Virus record (IMG/VR): IMGVR_UViG_3300012940_000072
Location: 1 to 32,036 of that record
Strand: one strand, 5' to 3'
DNA length: 32,036 bases
From: a virus
Lineage: Duplodnaviria > Caudoviricetes
The notes beneath the pieces were generated by a model. The model worked only from the letters and a program-made list of their open reading frames with translations. It was not told where the DNA came from and did not search any database. This document shows positions 1 through 8,319 of this stretch, piece by piece. A program made the translations under genes and the position numbers. Within the stretch, counting starts at the first letter, position 1; every line of letters starts with the position of its first letter.

Positions 1-1
1 C

Positions 2-172
2 GCGCCGAAGCCGGGCCAGCCGGAATTGTACACGGCGCTTCGCGAGAAGGGTAAGGAACTGGCTTACCTAATTGCTGAGTCATGTCCCGATTGCCGGGAG
101 CGCTCTCTGGCGATCACGAATTTGGAACAAGCTATCATGTGGGCGAATGCCGCTATTGCGCGCAACGGTTAA
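2..172 (+). CDS. 5'-truncated Acb2/Tad1-family helical-hairpin protein (putative anti-defence nucleotide sponge)
   Basis: Not in the ORF track. Frame 2 reads APKPGQPELYTALREKGKELAYLIAESCPDCRERSLAITNLEQAIMWANAAIARNG*. The 'CP-x-x-RE-x-SLA-x-T-x-LE-x-A-x-MWANAAIARN' pattern is the one I recall for the Acb2/Tad1 hairpin family. Confidence 0.75.
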   Translation, partial: APKPGQPELYTALREKGKELAYLIAESCPDCRERSLAITNLEQAIMWANAAIARNG

Positions 173-184
173 TTATGGTAATAT
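156..184 (+). promoter_or_regulatory. SigA-type promoter with extended -10
   Basis: TTGCGC (156-161), 17-bp spacer, TG at 176-177, TAATAT (179-184). Predicted +1 near 191. Confidence 0.5.
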
Positions 185-190
185 AAAGGC

Positions 191-287
191 ATGGACCATC
201 ATCCTTTCACTCTTTTCATGAGAAGTGGCGTATAGGTGACGCTTTATGCCACGAATTGCCCGCCTATTAACGGCGGGCTTTTCTTTT
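191..287 (+). ncRNA. candidate small RNA (~95 nt)
   Basis: Bounded by the promoter at 156-184 and the terminator at 258-287. Contains an anti-SD-like CATCCTTTC and hairpin GTGGCGTA(225-232)/TATGCCAC(245-252). Only a 14-aa ORF (191-235) lies inside. Confidence 0.35.
258..287 (+). terminator. intrinsic terminator
   Basis: GCCCGCC-TATTAAC-GGCGGGC followed by TTTTCTTTT; overlaps the 3' end of the opposite-strand gene. Confidence 0.85.
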
Positions 288-620
288 ACCAAATGGGTAA
301 ATTCCGTACGGTGTGCAAGAGTCCAATAGTAAATGGGAGACATACCCGATAGCAAGGCCCGCCGCGCTCCACCATCCGAATAAAATCCACGTTAGCCCGC
401 TGAACAGCAACAATCCCCAAATTGTGTGCGTCCATCCCCTATGTCTAGCAATCAACCAAACGGGTAAAATTCGGCCAATCGGGGACCTTTTATGGTCACT
501 ATCGGGCAAAACGGACCCGATTAGGGCAGTTAAGGGATTAGAGGTAATCCCTCCTATCGCTAGAATGGCCCAAAATACGATGCCAAATCGCCAATGCGTA
601 CCGAAGCTGAAAGCAATCAC
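267..620 (-). CDS. YdjM-like membrane-bound metal-dependent hydrolase
   Basis: Motifs GTH, GSVLPDSDH, HRGWTHT and GYVSHLLLDSCTPYGI, with hydrophobic helices. Start codon is uncertain (see findings). Confidence 0.85.
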   Translation of the reverse strand: MIAFSFGTHWRFGIVFWAILAIGGITSNPLTALIGSVLPDSDHKRSPIGRILPVWLIARHRGWTHTIWGLLLFSGLTWILFGWWSAAGLAIGYVSHLLLDSCTPYGIYPFGKRKARR

Positions 621-636
621 GCCCCTTTTCTTACAT

Positions 637-666
637 TATAATGCCCGAAAAATACATAAAACATGT
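637..666 (-). promoter_or_regulatory. putative sporulation-sigma (SigG-like) promoter for the YdjM-like gene
   Basis: Minus strand ACATG-N18-CATTATA versus B. subtilis SigG consensus GHATR-N18-CATWWTA. A TATAAT overlaps the -10 but has no good SigA -35. Confidence 0.4.
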
Positions 667-694
667 TGACAAGATATTCTATATGAGATAGATT
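666..694 (+). promoter_or_regulatory. SigA-type promoter for the head/virion operon
   Basis: TTGACA (666-671), 17-bp spacer, TAGATT (689-694). Confidence 0.75.
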
Positions 695-700
695 ATTCTT

Positions 701-766
701 CAACGATTCGGACTGGCCCCGTCCGCAAAAATCGGGCAACCAACATTCGCGTCCCACGCGCAAAAA
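701..766 (+). promoter_or_regulatory. tandem hairpin motif in the scaffold 5' leader
   Basis: Two copies of CAAC(G)ATT-CG[stem-loop]CG-CAAAAA at 701-731 and 741-766, ending at the SD. Confidence 0.6.
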
Positions 767-783
767 GGGAGAGGGAGCAGGAC

Positions 784-1749
784 ATGACCATTGACGAGTA
801 TCTTGCGAGTTTGGAAGGCGGCAACGACAACGGCGGCAAAGGTGACGATGATAGTTTAGAGTCTTTAGTCGAACAAATCAACGGTCAAGATGATGAAGAC
901 TTGGACGATGTTGACTTAGAGGACATGCTCGACGAGGACGCTGACGAAGACGGCGGCAGACAAGGGGAACCCGAACGGAAACCGGATTCTAAGTCGGAAC
1001 CGAATGCCAACGGCCAACCGAAGACGGAAGACGCCAACAAACCGGAGGATAATACGCAAAAACGCGTTCAAACTCCCGAAGAAAATGCACATTTCGCCGA
1101 ACAACGGCGGCAACGCGAAGCGGCTATTGCTGAAAAAGCGTTGAAGAATTCGCAGGAGTACCAGATTATTCAGACTTTGGCGCAGATGTCTGGTAAAACA
1201 CCGGAGCAGATGATGCAAGAATTGCGTATGGCGCAAGTTCAAGCAGAACTGCAACGGCAAAATCCCGGCATTACGCCAGAACAGGCGCAGCTTGCAGCCC
1301 CGCAAGTTATTGCGGAACGGCAACGCGCCGAACAAGCCGAAGCACGTCTCCGCGAAACGGAAGAAGCTGACATTCAGCTAAAGTTCCAGCAATGGGAATC
1401 GCGCATGGCATTGGAAACCAACACGATCAAAACGAACCATCCATACATTACGGACGAAGAGATTACACAAGCACGCGGGTACATGCTGACGGTTCTGAAA
1501 AATCCAAACGTCCCTCTGGAACAAGCCTTGTACGCTCTACATGGACCTAAGATTTTGGAGGAACAGAAAAAGCTCATGCGTACCGAAGCGCTTGCTGAAA
1601 TCTCCGGCAGGAAAGGTAAAGGACCGCTGCCGCCGCAGGGCGGAAGTAAGTCCGATACCGAAGTTCTGACTGCCGATGAAAGGTTCGCTGCGAAAATGTT
1701 GGGGATATCCGAAAAGGATTACTTGAAAAACAAGAAAAATCCTACGTAA
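784..1749 (+). CDS. capsid scaffolding protein
   Basis: Acidic disordered N-terminus, helical Q/E-rich middle (NAHFAEQRRQRE), basic C-terminal helix (ERFAAKMLGISEKDYLKNK). Lies just upstream of the capsid genes; GGAG-type SD. Confidence 0.8.
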   Translation: MTIDEYLASLEGGNDNGGKGDDDSLESLVEQINGQDDEDLDDVDLEDMLDEDADEDGGRQGEPERKPDSKSEPNANGQPKTEDANKPEDNTQKRVQTPEENAHFAEQRRQREAAIAEKALKNSQEYQIIQTLAQMSGKTPEQMMQELRMAQVQAELQRQNPGITPEQAQLAAPQVIAERQRAEQAEARLRETEEADIQLKFQQWESRMALETNTIKTNHPYITDEEITQARGYMLTVLKNPNVPLEQALYALHGPKILEEQKKLMRTEALAEISGRKGKGPLPPQGGSKSDTEVLTADERFAAKMLGISEKDYLKNKKNPT

Positions 1750-1764
1750 TAGGAGGAACCCCAA

Positions 1765-2283
1765 ATGGCATTCATTTTTGCTTATGCAAAGAGTGGTGGC
1801 GGTGCCAGCGGCGTTGTAAACGATGCTCCGCTTGATACCGAAGCCAACTACAAGAACGGCGTGGGCACGAATGGGACAACCAAAGGCGACTTGGTTATCC
1901 GCAATTCTGGTTTGATCCGCCGTGCGAAAGACGGCGCAAGCCCGCCTGCTGCTGTCGGCGTTCTGGAAGATGTCGAGTTTACCGGACTCGTGACTTCCGG
2001 CCCATACGCAGCATCCCGCGCATCGTTCAACGCTGCTATTACGGATTCGACTCTTTATCCGAACGGCATGGGTAAGATTCGTCCGGGTGGCAACAACGTC
2101 TTCAAGGTAGCCGTTAAATCGGGACAAACCGCAGCTAACGCCAACATCGGCGTTGCTTACGGAATCTCGCAGGATGCAGCAGGCGATCAAACTGTAGACC
2201 TGACGAACACGGCCAACGCGCAAGTCACCGTCGAAGCGATTTCTCCGGACGGAAAATACGTATACGTCACACTCGGGGCGTAA
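1765..2283 (+). CDS. capsid-associated (decoration/cement-like) protein
   Basis: 172 aa, G/A/V-rich and beta-like, between scaffold and major capsid genes. SD AGGAGG and strongly biased codon usage. Confidence 0.6.
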   Translation: MAFIFAYAKSGGGASGVVNDAPLDTEANYKNGVGTNGTTKGDLVIRNSGLIRRAKDGASPPAAVGVLEDVEFTGLVTSGPYAASRASFNAAITDSTLYPNGMGKIRPGGNNVFKVAVKSGQTAANANIGVAYGISQDAAGDQTVDLTNTANAQVTVEAISPDGKYVYVTLGA

Positions 2284-2298
2284 GGGAGGTAACCGACC

Positions 2299-3246
2299 AT
2301 GTTAATGTCTGCACGTTATGGGCGCTTGCTGGAACCGGGCCTTCGGAAAATCTTTTTCGACAGCTACCGGGAAAAGCCGCAAAAGTATAATTTGATTTTC
2401 AACGTCCAAGATTCGGACAAGGCGGTTGAAACCGACTTCCGTATGGGTGGTTTCGGATTGTTCGACCGGAAGGAGTCTGCTGGTTCCATCCAGTACGACG
2501 ATCCGACTCGCGGACAACCGTTGCAGTACATTCACGAAGAGTATGCGAAAGGCTTCACTATCGAGCGCAAACTGGTTCGTGACCAGATGTACAACCAAAT
2601 CCGCAAGATGCCGAAGAAACTCGGCGTAGCGGCTCGGGCTACGGTTGAAACGGTTTCGGCACGCATCATCAACACCGCATTCACGCAAAACGGATTCGAC
2701 GGACAGCCGTTGATTTCGCACAGTCACTTGGCGTTGAATGACAAAACGACCATCGACAATCGCCTTGCTGCAAGCTACGGCGCTGGTGCCAATGATGGTG
2801 CGCTGTCTGACCGCAACTTGAAAGCTGCTCTGATCCAAGCCGCCGACCAGCGGAACGATGCAGGAATCATGATCGAATGCAACCCGACGATTCTGCTGGT
2901 TCCCCCGGCGCTTCGATTCAAGGCACAAACGATCATTCAGTCCGGCAACCTGTCGGAACTTGGAACTGGTTCGGGGATCACGAACGACAAGAACGTGATT
3001 CAGAACGAATTCAAGGTCGTCGTTTGGGACTACATCTCCGCGAAGAATGGCGGTTCCGATACGCATTGGTTCGTCATCGATCCGACTGTCGCAGAACTGA
3101 ACTTCTTCTGGCGTGACAAGCTGGAATTCGCCAACACCAACGACTTCGACACCATGCAGGCGAAGTACCGTGCTTACATGCGGTTCTCTGTTGGATACTC
3201 GGACTTCCGTGGCATTGTCGGTTCGCTCGGAACGGGTGCAGCTTAA
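2299..3246 (+). CDS. major capsid protein (HK97 fold, Mu gpT-like family)
   Basis: 315 aa with LLEPGLRKIF, YAKGFTIERKLVRD, FDGQPLISHSH, LLVPPAL, DFDTMQAKY and RFSVGYSDFRGIVGS; followed by a terminator. Confidence 0.9.
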   Translation: MLMSARYGRLLEPGLRKIFFDSYREKPQKYNLIFNVQDSDKAVETDFRMGGFGLFDRKESAGSIQYDDPTRGQPLQYIHEEYAKGFTIERKLVRDQMYNQIRKMPKKLGVAARATVETVSARIINTAFTQNGFDGQPLISHSHLALNDKTTIDNRLAASYGAGANDGALSDRNLKAALIQAADQRNDAGIMIECNPTILLVPPALRFKAQTIIQSGNLSELGTGSGITNDKNVIQNEFKVVVWDYISAKNGGSDTHWFVIDPTVAELNFFWRDKLEFANTNDFDTMQAKYRAYMRFSVGYSDFRGIVGSLGTGAA

Positions 3247-3275
3247 TTCATATTACCTAACCGTTGACCAATTCG

Positions 3276-3314
3276 AAAATACCCACTCACTTTTCGCAAG
3301 TGGGTGGGTATTTT
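3276..3314 (+). terminator. intrinsic terminator after the major capsid gene
   Basis: AAAATACCCACTCACTT-TTCGC-AAGTGGGTGGGTATTTT. Confidence 0.85.
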
Positions 3315-3337
3315 ACAAGATAGGGAGGTTTATGTTT

Positions 3338-3622
3338 ATGAGTTTGCGGGTAATCATTACGCCGAATGAAGACGGAAATTACCCGGTTGTAGGCGGAGTA
3401 GTTCGAGACTACTTTGAAGGCTCTGCCGACACCGAAAAGAACTACACTCATACGATGATCGGATTCGCTATCGTCAACAAGGGAAGTGCAACGCTTACAT
3501 TCGAAATCAATGGCATGACAATTCCGGTTGATGCAGGCGAAGCATGGGATGATTGCTTTGAACCTTTTAACACCGTAACGATCACGGCAACCGGGGAGTT
3601 TAAAGCGGTTGTGAGAGGGTGA
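3338..3622 (+). CDS. small beta-rich virion-associated protein (94 aa)
   Basis: Start reassigned from 3113 to ATG 3338 (GGAGG at 3324-3328). Pattern IVNKGSATLTFEING..IPVDAGE..F..VTITATGEF resembles small phage beta-sandwich proteins. Confidence 0.7.
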   Translation: MSLRVIITPNEDGNYPVVGGVVRDYFEGSADTEKNYTHTMIGFAIVNKGSATLTFEINGMTIPVDAGEAWDDCFEPFNTVTITATGEFKAVVRG

Positions 3623-3627
3623 TTTAA

Positions 3628-5805
3628 GTGTCTAATATCGCAGACAGCGATTACCATAAGTTTTTAACGGGCGAAGTTGTCGATGCAGACGGCTCGGCCA
3701 CTGGTGCGGACCTTAATCCGCTCTTTAAAATTTTTCAGGCTGCGAACAACGACAACTTCCAGCGCATTCAGACGAACAAAGGAACAGCGGATGCGCACAT
3801 TGCAAACGGCGGTATTCATGTAACATCTGGCGAAAAGTCCACGATTGCTAGTGCAGCAACCCACATTGCGAACGGCGCAATCCACGTAACGGCAGATGAA
3901 AAGTCGGCTATCGCGGCATCTACCGCGCACATTGCTAATGGTTCTGTACACGTTACAGGATCGGAAAAGGCCACAATTGCAAGTGCTGCGACACACATTG
4001 CAAACAACGGCATCCATGTGACATCTGGCGAGAAAACAACGATTGCAAATGCAGCAGCGCACATTGTGGACACCAATATCCATACAACGCTGACAGAGAA
4101 AGAAAAGTTGGCAGGCATCGAAGCCGGGGCAGAAAAGAACCAGAACGCGTTCGCAAAGGTTGCAGTAACCGGACAGCTTGACGTAGCAGCAACGGCCAAA
4201 GCCGATACCGTTCGATTCGTTGCTGGCGCTGGCATGAATATTACGACCGATCCGGCTACCAAGTCCGTGTTGTTTATCAACACAGGCGGTGGCGGGGAAG
4301 GCGGCTCCGGTGGAGCGTACGTTAATGCCTTGCAGTATGGCGCTGTCGGTGACGGTGTTGTAGACAACGGTTCTATAATTAGTTCGATTCGCACGGCACT
4401 TGGTTCCGCTGGCGGTACTGTATACTTTCCTACTGGCGTGTATCGCATCACAGACAGCGCACGGTTCGTGGCTTCGGAAGGCTCTGGCCCCATCAGCATT
4501 GTTGGCGACGGCGACGGAACTGTTTTCTTAATCGATAACGTTTCTGAAAACCATGCCAAGGCACCGTTTTATATCAAAGGTTTGACGGGTGTAAGTTATC
4601 GGAACTTCAAAGTTAAAAGTACTGTAGTCTTAGACCCTTCGAATCGTAACTCTTCTCAGCACGGTTTCTGGATTCTGGATTGCAATGATGTTACGGTCGA
4701 TAATGTGGCTTGCGACGGTATGGCTGCAACATTCTTGCTTACGCAACGCTGCCAGAAGGTGCAAATCCTGAATTGTCGATACGCAAACACATTGGCTGAC
4801 GGAATTCACATCACCGATAACAGCAAAAACGTTACGATTATAGGCAACAAAGGATATTTGACTGGCGACGATGGAATTGCGGTTGTCTCTTATATAGGAG
4901 ATGGCGGATACTGCGAAGACGTGACGATCACAGAAAATCACGTTTACAACAGTAAGGCACGCGGCATTACATCGGTAGGTGGAAAGCGTATAACAATTGC
5001 CCTGAACCATGTAATTTCTACTGTATCGTCTGGACTTCTCGTAAACAAAGACTTGAACTACAACACGTACGACAACATAGATGTTATATTTTTCGGAAAC
5101 ATCGTTCAGGACGCAGGGCAGGAAACACCGAAGCCGGGCGTGCCTACTGGCAACCAATTCGGTATCGAAATTGCTTCCGGCGCTTACGGAACAATTTGCG
5201 AATCTAACATCGTTCGTAACGCGAAGACGCGTGGTATCAGTGGCTTCGGCGACGAAGTTAGCGGCCTGTCTCACCATATCACGATCAAGAGTAACAAGGT
5301 AATTGGTTGCGGGACAGACGGTATCAACTTCCAAAATCTTAAAGGCTGCGTAATCGAAGCAAACCGGATCGAGCAATGCGGCGGGTATGGCGGCTGGTTC
5401 CAATCTGTTGCAGGTAGTTCCTTCTATAGTAACTACTTCTATAACAACAATGCGAACGGCACGGTTGCTGTAGACAACTGCAACATCAACAACAGCAACT
5501 GGTGTACGATTGTTGGTAACGTTGCAGAAGATGATCGAACGCCGCAGAAAGTCGAACGCGGAATCGAAATAGGTAACAGTACGAATTGCAAAGTAGGCGG
5601 CAATTCTGTAATCCAGTCTGACGGGGTTACTAATGTGACATACGCGACTGGATGTGCAAACATAACGCGGATGGATACAACGTACACCGGAAATGGAGCG
5701 CCTACAGCAACGTTCTATGCACCGGGAACAGAGTATTTCGACATCACCAGCAAGAAGAATTACAAGTGGGATGGAGCCGCTTGGAGAAGTGCTCAATACA
5801 CGTGA
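3628..5805 (+). CDS. tailspike/fibre with right-handed beta-helix (pectate lyase 3-like) domain
   Basis: N-terminal stalk repeats, Gly hinge, then VNALQYGAVGDGVVDN...GGTVYFPTGVY and Asn-ladder PbH1-like repeats (DGIHI, TGDDGIA). Confidence 0.85.
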   Translation: MSNIADSDYHKFLTGEVVDADGSATGADLNPLFKIFQAANNDNFQRIQTNKGTADAHIANGGIHVTSGEKSTIASAATHIANGAIHVTADEKSAIAASTAHIANGSVHVTGSEKATIASAATHIANNGIHVTSGEKTTIANAAAHIVDTNIHTTLTEKEKLAGIEAGAEKNQNAFAKVAVTGQLDVAATAKADTVRFVAGAGMNITTDPATKSVLFINTGGGGEGGSGGAYVNALQYGAVGDGVVDNGSIISSIRTALGSAGGTVYFPTGVYRITDSARFVASEGSGPISIVGDGDGTVFLIDNVSENHAKAPFYIKGLTGVSYRNFKVKSTVVLDPSNRNSSQHGFWILDCNDVTVDNVACDGMAATFLLTQRCQKVQILNCRYANTLADGIHITDNSKNVTIIGNKGYLTGDDGIAVVSYIGDGGYCEDVTITENHVYNSKARGITSVGGKRITIALNHVISTVSSGLLVNKDLNYNTYDNIDVIFFGNIVQDAGQETPKPGVPTGNQFGIEIASGAYGTICESNIVRNAKTRGISGFGDEVSGLSHHITIKSNKVIGCGTDGINFQNLKGCVIEANRIEQCGGYGGWFQSVAGSSFYSNYFYNNNANGTVAVDNCNINNSNWCTIVGNVAEDDRTPQKVERGIEIGNSTNCKVGGNSVIQSDGVTNVTYATGCANITRMDTTYTGNGAPTATFYAPGTEYFDITSKKNYKWDGAAWRSAQYT
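3796..4110 (+). repeat. 66-bp (22-aa) tandem repeat, about 4.7 copies, in the spike stalk
   Basis: HIANGxIHVTxxEKxxIAxAxx units start at 3796, 3862, 3928, 3994 and 4060. Confidence 0.9.
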
Positions 5806-5820
5806 TAGGGAGGTAATTGT

Positions 5821-6135
5821 ATGGCATGGTCTAAGCCCGGTGGCGGCGGTGGTAGCGGTGCAACAAAGCTGATCCAACTGACTGACGTCGTAACGACAAA
5901 CAAGGCAACGGACACAACATTGAAAGTGAACGTTGACGGTAATCACGAATACGTTCCATTTCCGGCTCCCGGTTCTGCGACATCGGCTGAAAAAGTTCTT
6001 GTACTTCCTGACGCCGATATTGCGAATCATGGCAGAATCGTTGCACTCACAGAGGGAACCGAATCGGGTGCATCCGAACTTTACTGGTGCAAAATGCTGA
6101 ACGGCGGCACCTATGATTGGGTGCAAATTGGATAA
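5821..6135 (+). CDS. small tail-fibre-associated protein
   Basis: SD GGGAGG; fibre-hinge-like motif GGGGGSGATKLIQLTDV; lies between two spike genes. Confidence 0.65.
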   Translation: MAWSKPGGGGGSGATKLIQLTDVVTTNKATDTTLKVNVDGNHEYVPFPAPGSATSAEKVLVLPDADIANHGRIVALTEGTESGASELYWCKMLNGGTYDWVQIG

Positions 6136-6150
6136 GGCGGGTGATAAACT

Positions 6151-7737
6151 GTGGCAGTAAAACAAGTTCGATTTAACGTCAAAAACTTCGGCGCTAAAGG
6201 CGATGGAACGACTGACGATTCCGCTGCGTTTATCGCCTGCCGTACTGCGATTATTGCAAGTCGCAGCACTCTGCCCCTAATCTCTGGCGGCGGGGATGGT
6301 AACAGACGGCCCGACTATATCTTCTATATCCCGGCTGGCAAGTACCTCATTACACAGCCGGAAGCTCTCATGTCTTCTGCGGACACCGGAGTTACGATGG
6401 GCTTGACGTACGAAGGCGACGGGAAAGGCGTTACGTGGATCAACTTCGCTCCTACGGTAGCCGACTCTTACCTACTCAAAAACAACAACACGTTCATGCA
6501 CATGACGTTCCGCGACATTTACTTCGCTGCCAACACGACGAACGCTAACTGGATGGAATCGACATCTACGGCATTCGCACAAAACTACGCATTCGAACGC
6601 TGCGCATGGGGCGGAAAATGGAACTACGGATTGGTGTTGCTTGGCACGAATACCAACTCCGAAATGTCTTGGCATCACTGTAACGTGAACGGTGAGTGGA
6701 ATGTATTTTTGTACGTACCGGATTCCGTTGGGACACAAGGCGACCAGTTTGTAAACTATAACTTTTTCGCCTGCAATTTCGAAATCGGTGCCGGATCGTT
6801 TATCGACATGTACCACGGCGGTTCCATCGGCATTTGGGGCGGAAGCTGGATGTACTACTCCGGCACATCGGTTGGCGGCACGATGTTCAACCTTCGGAAT
6901 AGTTTACACAACAACGGCGCTTGCCGCTTCATGATGGCAGGAACGCGAGTCGAATTGCCGAAATCGTTCTGCAAGTTGATTTATTGTGAATGGCCGCATG
7001 GTGCTGTCGGATTTTTCAACGTAGACAACTCGACTCAACAATGGCAAACCGTCGAAACCAAGGTAGTCAACTCTATTTTTAGTTTTGGAAATAACGGCGG
7101 ACCTGTCGTATCTTGGGTAAACTGCACACTCCAAGGGCAGCACGAATATCGTTTCGGCACAGGCGGGGCGAATTGGGCGGGGCGAATTAACTATGAAAAC
7201 TGCGAATTCTGGCACTACGATAACGCGCACGAATTTATCGTACTGACCGGAACGAGCAAAGGCAATGCTCCACTTATCCGGTTCAATATGTGTCACGGCG
7301 CAATCAGCACCAGCCAAAGCAAATACGCATTCGACACTACGGTTGGCTGGAATACTGCACGATCCGGCTTGGCATTGCAGCGTGCCGTTAGCATCAGTAC
7401 CGGGGGCGATCATTCTGAATTGCCGCAAGCGGCAGACGGCGATATCGACATTTGGTTACCGATGGGTGCAGTTATCACGAGAGTTTTTCATTACATGGAA
7501 GCAGGATCGGTTGCGTCAACATCCAACACGAACTGGACGTACACGGTACAGAACTACGAGACAACTCCTTCACAGATTTCGCAGTATCAACCGACGAATC
7601 CTTCCTTGGGCGGACAAAAGACAACTGATACATTCTATGTTTGCGATTCAGATGTGAAGCGTCACATCCGCGTCACGGCTGGCTCTGGCGTGAATGAACG
7701 TTCTTGGGGAATGACCGTTATCGAGTACCTTGGATAA
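6151..7737 (+). CDS. second tailspike/depolymerase (pectate lyase 3-like beta-helix)
   Basis: Begins FNVKNFGAKGDGTTDDSAAF...YIPAGKYLIT; C-terminal beta-sandwich-like region. Confidence 0.8.
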   Translation: MAVKQVRFNVKNFGAKGDGTTDDSAAFIACRTAIIASRSTLPLISGGGDGNRRPDYIFYIPAGKYLITQPEALMSSADTGVTMGLTYEGDGKGVTWINFAPTVADSYLLKNNNTFMHMTFRDIYFAANTTNANWMESTSTAFAQNYAFERCAWGGKWNYGLVLLGTNTNSEMSWHHCNVNGEWNVFLYVPDSVGTQGDQFVNYNFFACNFEIGAGSFIDMYHGGSIGIWGGSWMYYSGTSVGGTMFNLRNSLHNNGACRFMMAGTRVELPKSFCKLIYCEWPHGAVGFFNVDNSTQQWQTVETKVVNSIFSFGNNGGPVVSWVNCTLQGQHEYRFGTGGANWAGRINYENCEFWHYDNAHEFIVLTGTSKGNAPLIRFNMCHGAISTSQSKYAFDTTVGWNTARSGLALQRAVSISTGGDHSELPQAADGDIDIWLPMGAVITRVFHYMEAGSVASTSNTNWTYTVQNYETTPSQISQYQPTNPSLGGQKTTDTFYVCDSDVKRHIRVTAGSGVNERSWGMTVIEYLG

Positions 7738-7749
7738 GGAGGGGTTACA

Positions 7750-8319
7750 GTGAATATCAACGATATGAAAACCCTTCTCCAATTCTATGTGGATGATGTG
7801 TCTGATCCGAATATCGCTGTTCAGCTTTTTAATGAAGCACAGAACAAGATGGCGGTTGCGGCGAAAGCTAATTTCCCGCAACTCGCCACAGGCGGTTTAG
7901 AAACACCTGTATTCCCTGCAAAGTATCACGGAATGCTTGTAACTTACGCTGCTGCAAAGTTCAAAGAATACGACTCTTCTATTCGTGAAGCCGGAAACTT
8001 CATGGCACAATTCATGACCGCTTTGGATGACTTCACGAAGACGTATGTCGTGCCTATGCGTTACAAGGATGATTACGATATCCAACAGTTTACTGCTAGT
8101 GACGGTAACAAGACATTCACGATCACAAAAGACGGGTACGATCCAATCAACGTAGAACTAACTGTACACGTCAATGATGTGAAGACTTTCGACTTCACTA
8201 CAGACGATAATACATTCACCGTCAATAATGCGGTAGATGATGACGCGGTGACGGCTTCTTGGGAAGTGAAAGCCACGTTAAGTGAACCTCCCTATGCTTG
8301 GTGGTGGCAAATGCCATGA
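7750..8319 (+). CDS. head-tail adaptor (podovirus tail tubular protein A-like)
   Basis: Helical N-domain with FNEAQNKM and P.FPAKYHGMLVTYAAAK typical of adaptors, plus a C-terminal beta domain; precedes the nozzle gene. Confidence 0.7.
   Translation: MNINDMKTLLQFYVDDVSDPNIAVQLFNEAQNKMAVAAKANFPQLATGGLETPVFPAKYHGMLVTYAAAKFKEYDSSIREAGNFMAQFMTALDDFTKTYVVPMRYKDDYDIQQFTASDGNKTFTITKDGYDPINVELTVHVNDVKTFDFTTDDNTFTVNNAVDDDAVTASWEVKATLSEPPYAWWWQMP

Noticed and set aside
3113-3337. Open +1 frame from inside the major capsid gene into the next gene, suggesting a frameshifted capsid extension
   Set aside because: No recognisable shift site at the capsid stop (GCA GCT TAA). The frame crosses a terminator, and the downstream gene has its own SD and ATG.
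5803-6153. Spike 1, the small protein and spike 2 share one reading frame (possible read-through fusion)
   Set aside because: The junctions have multiple in-frame stops (TGA TAG; TAA..TGA TAA) and each gene has its own SD-like sequence.
4630-6165. 511-aa minus-strand ORF and other long antisense ORFs (e.g. 2302-3066, 3816-4559, 27600-28448)
   Set aside because: They are shadows of well-supported genes with biased codon usage, and show no motifs or convincing SD.
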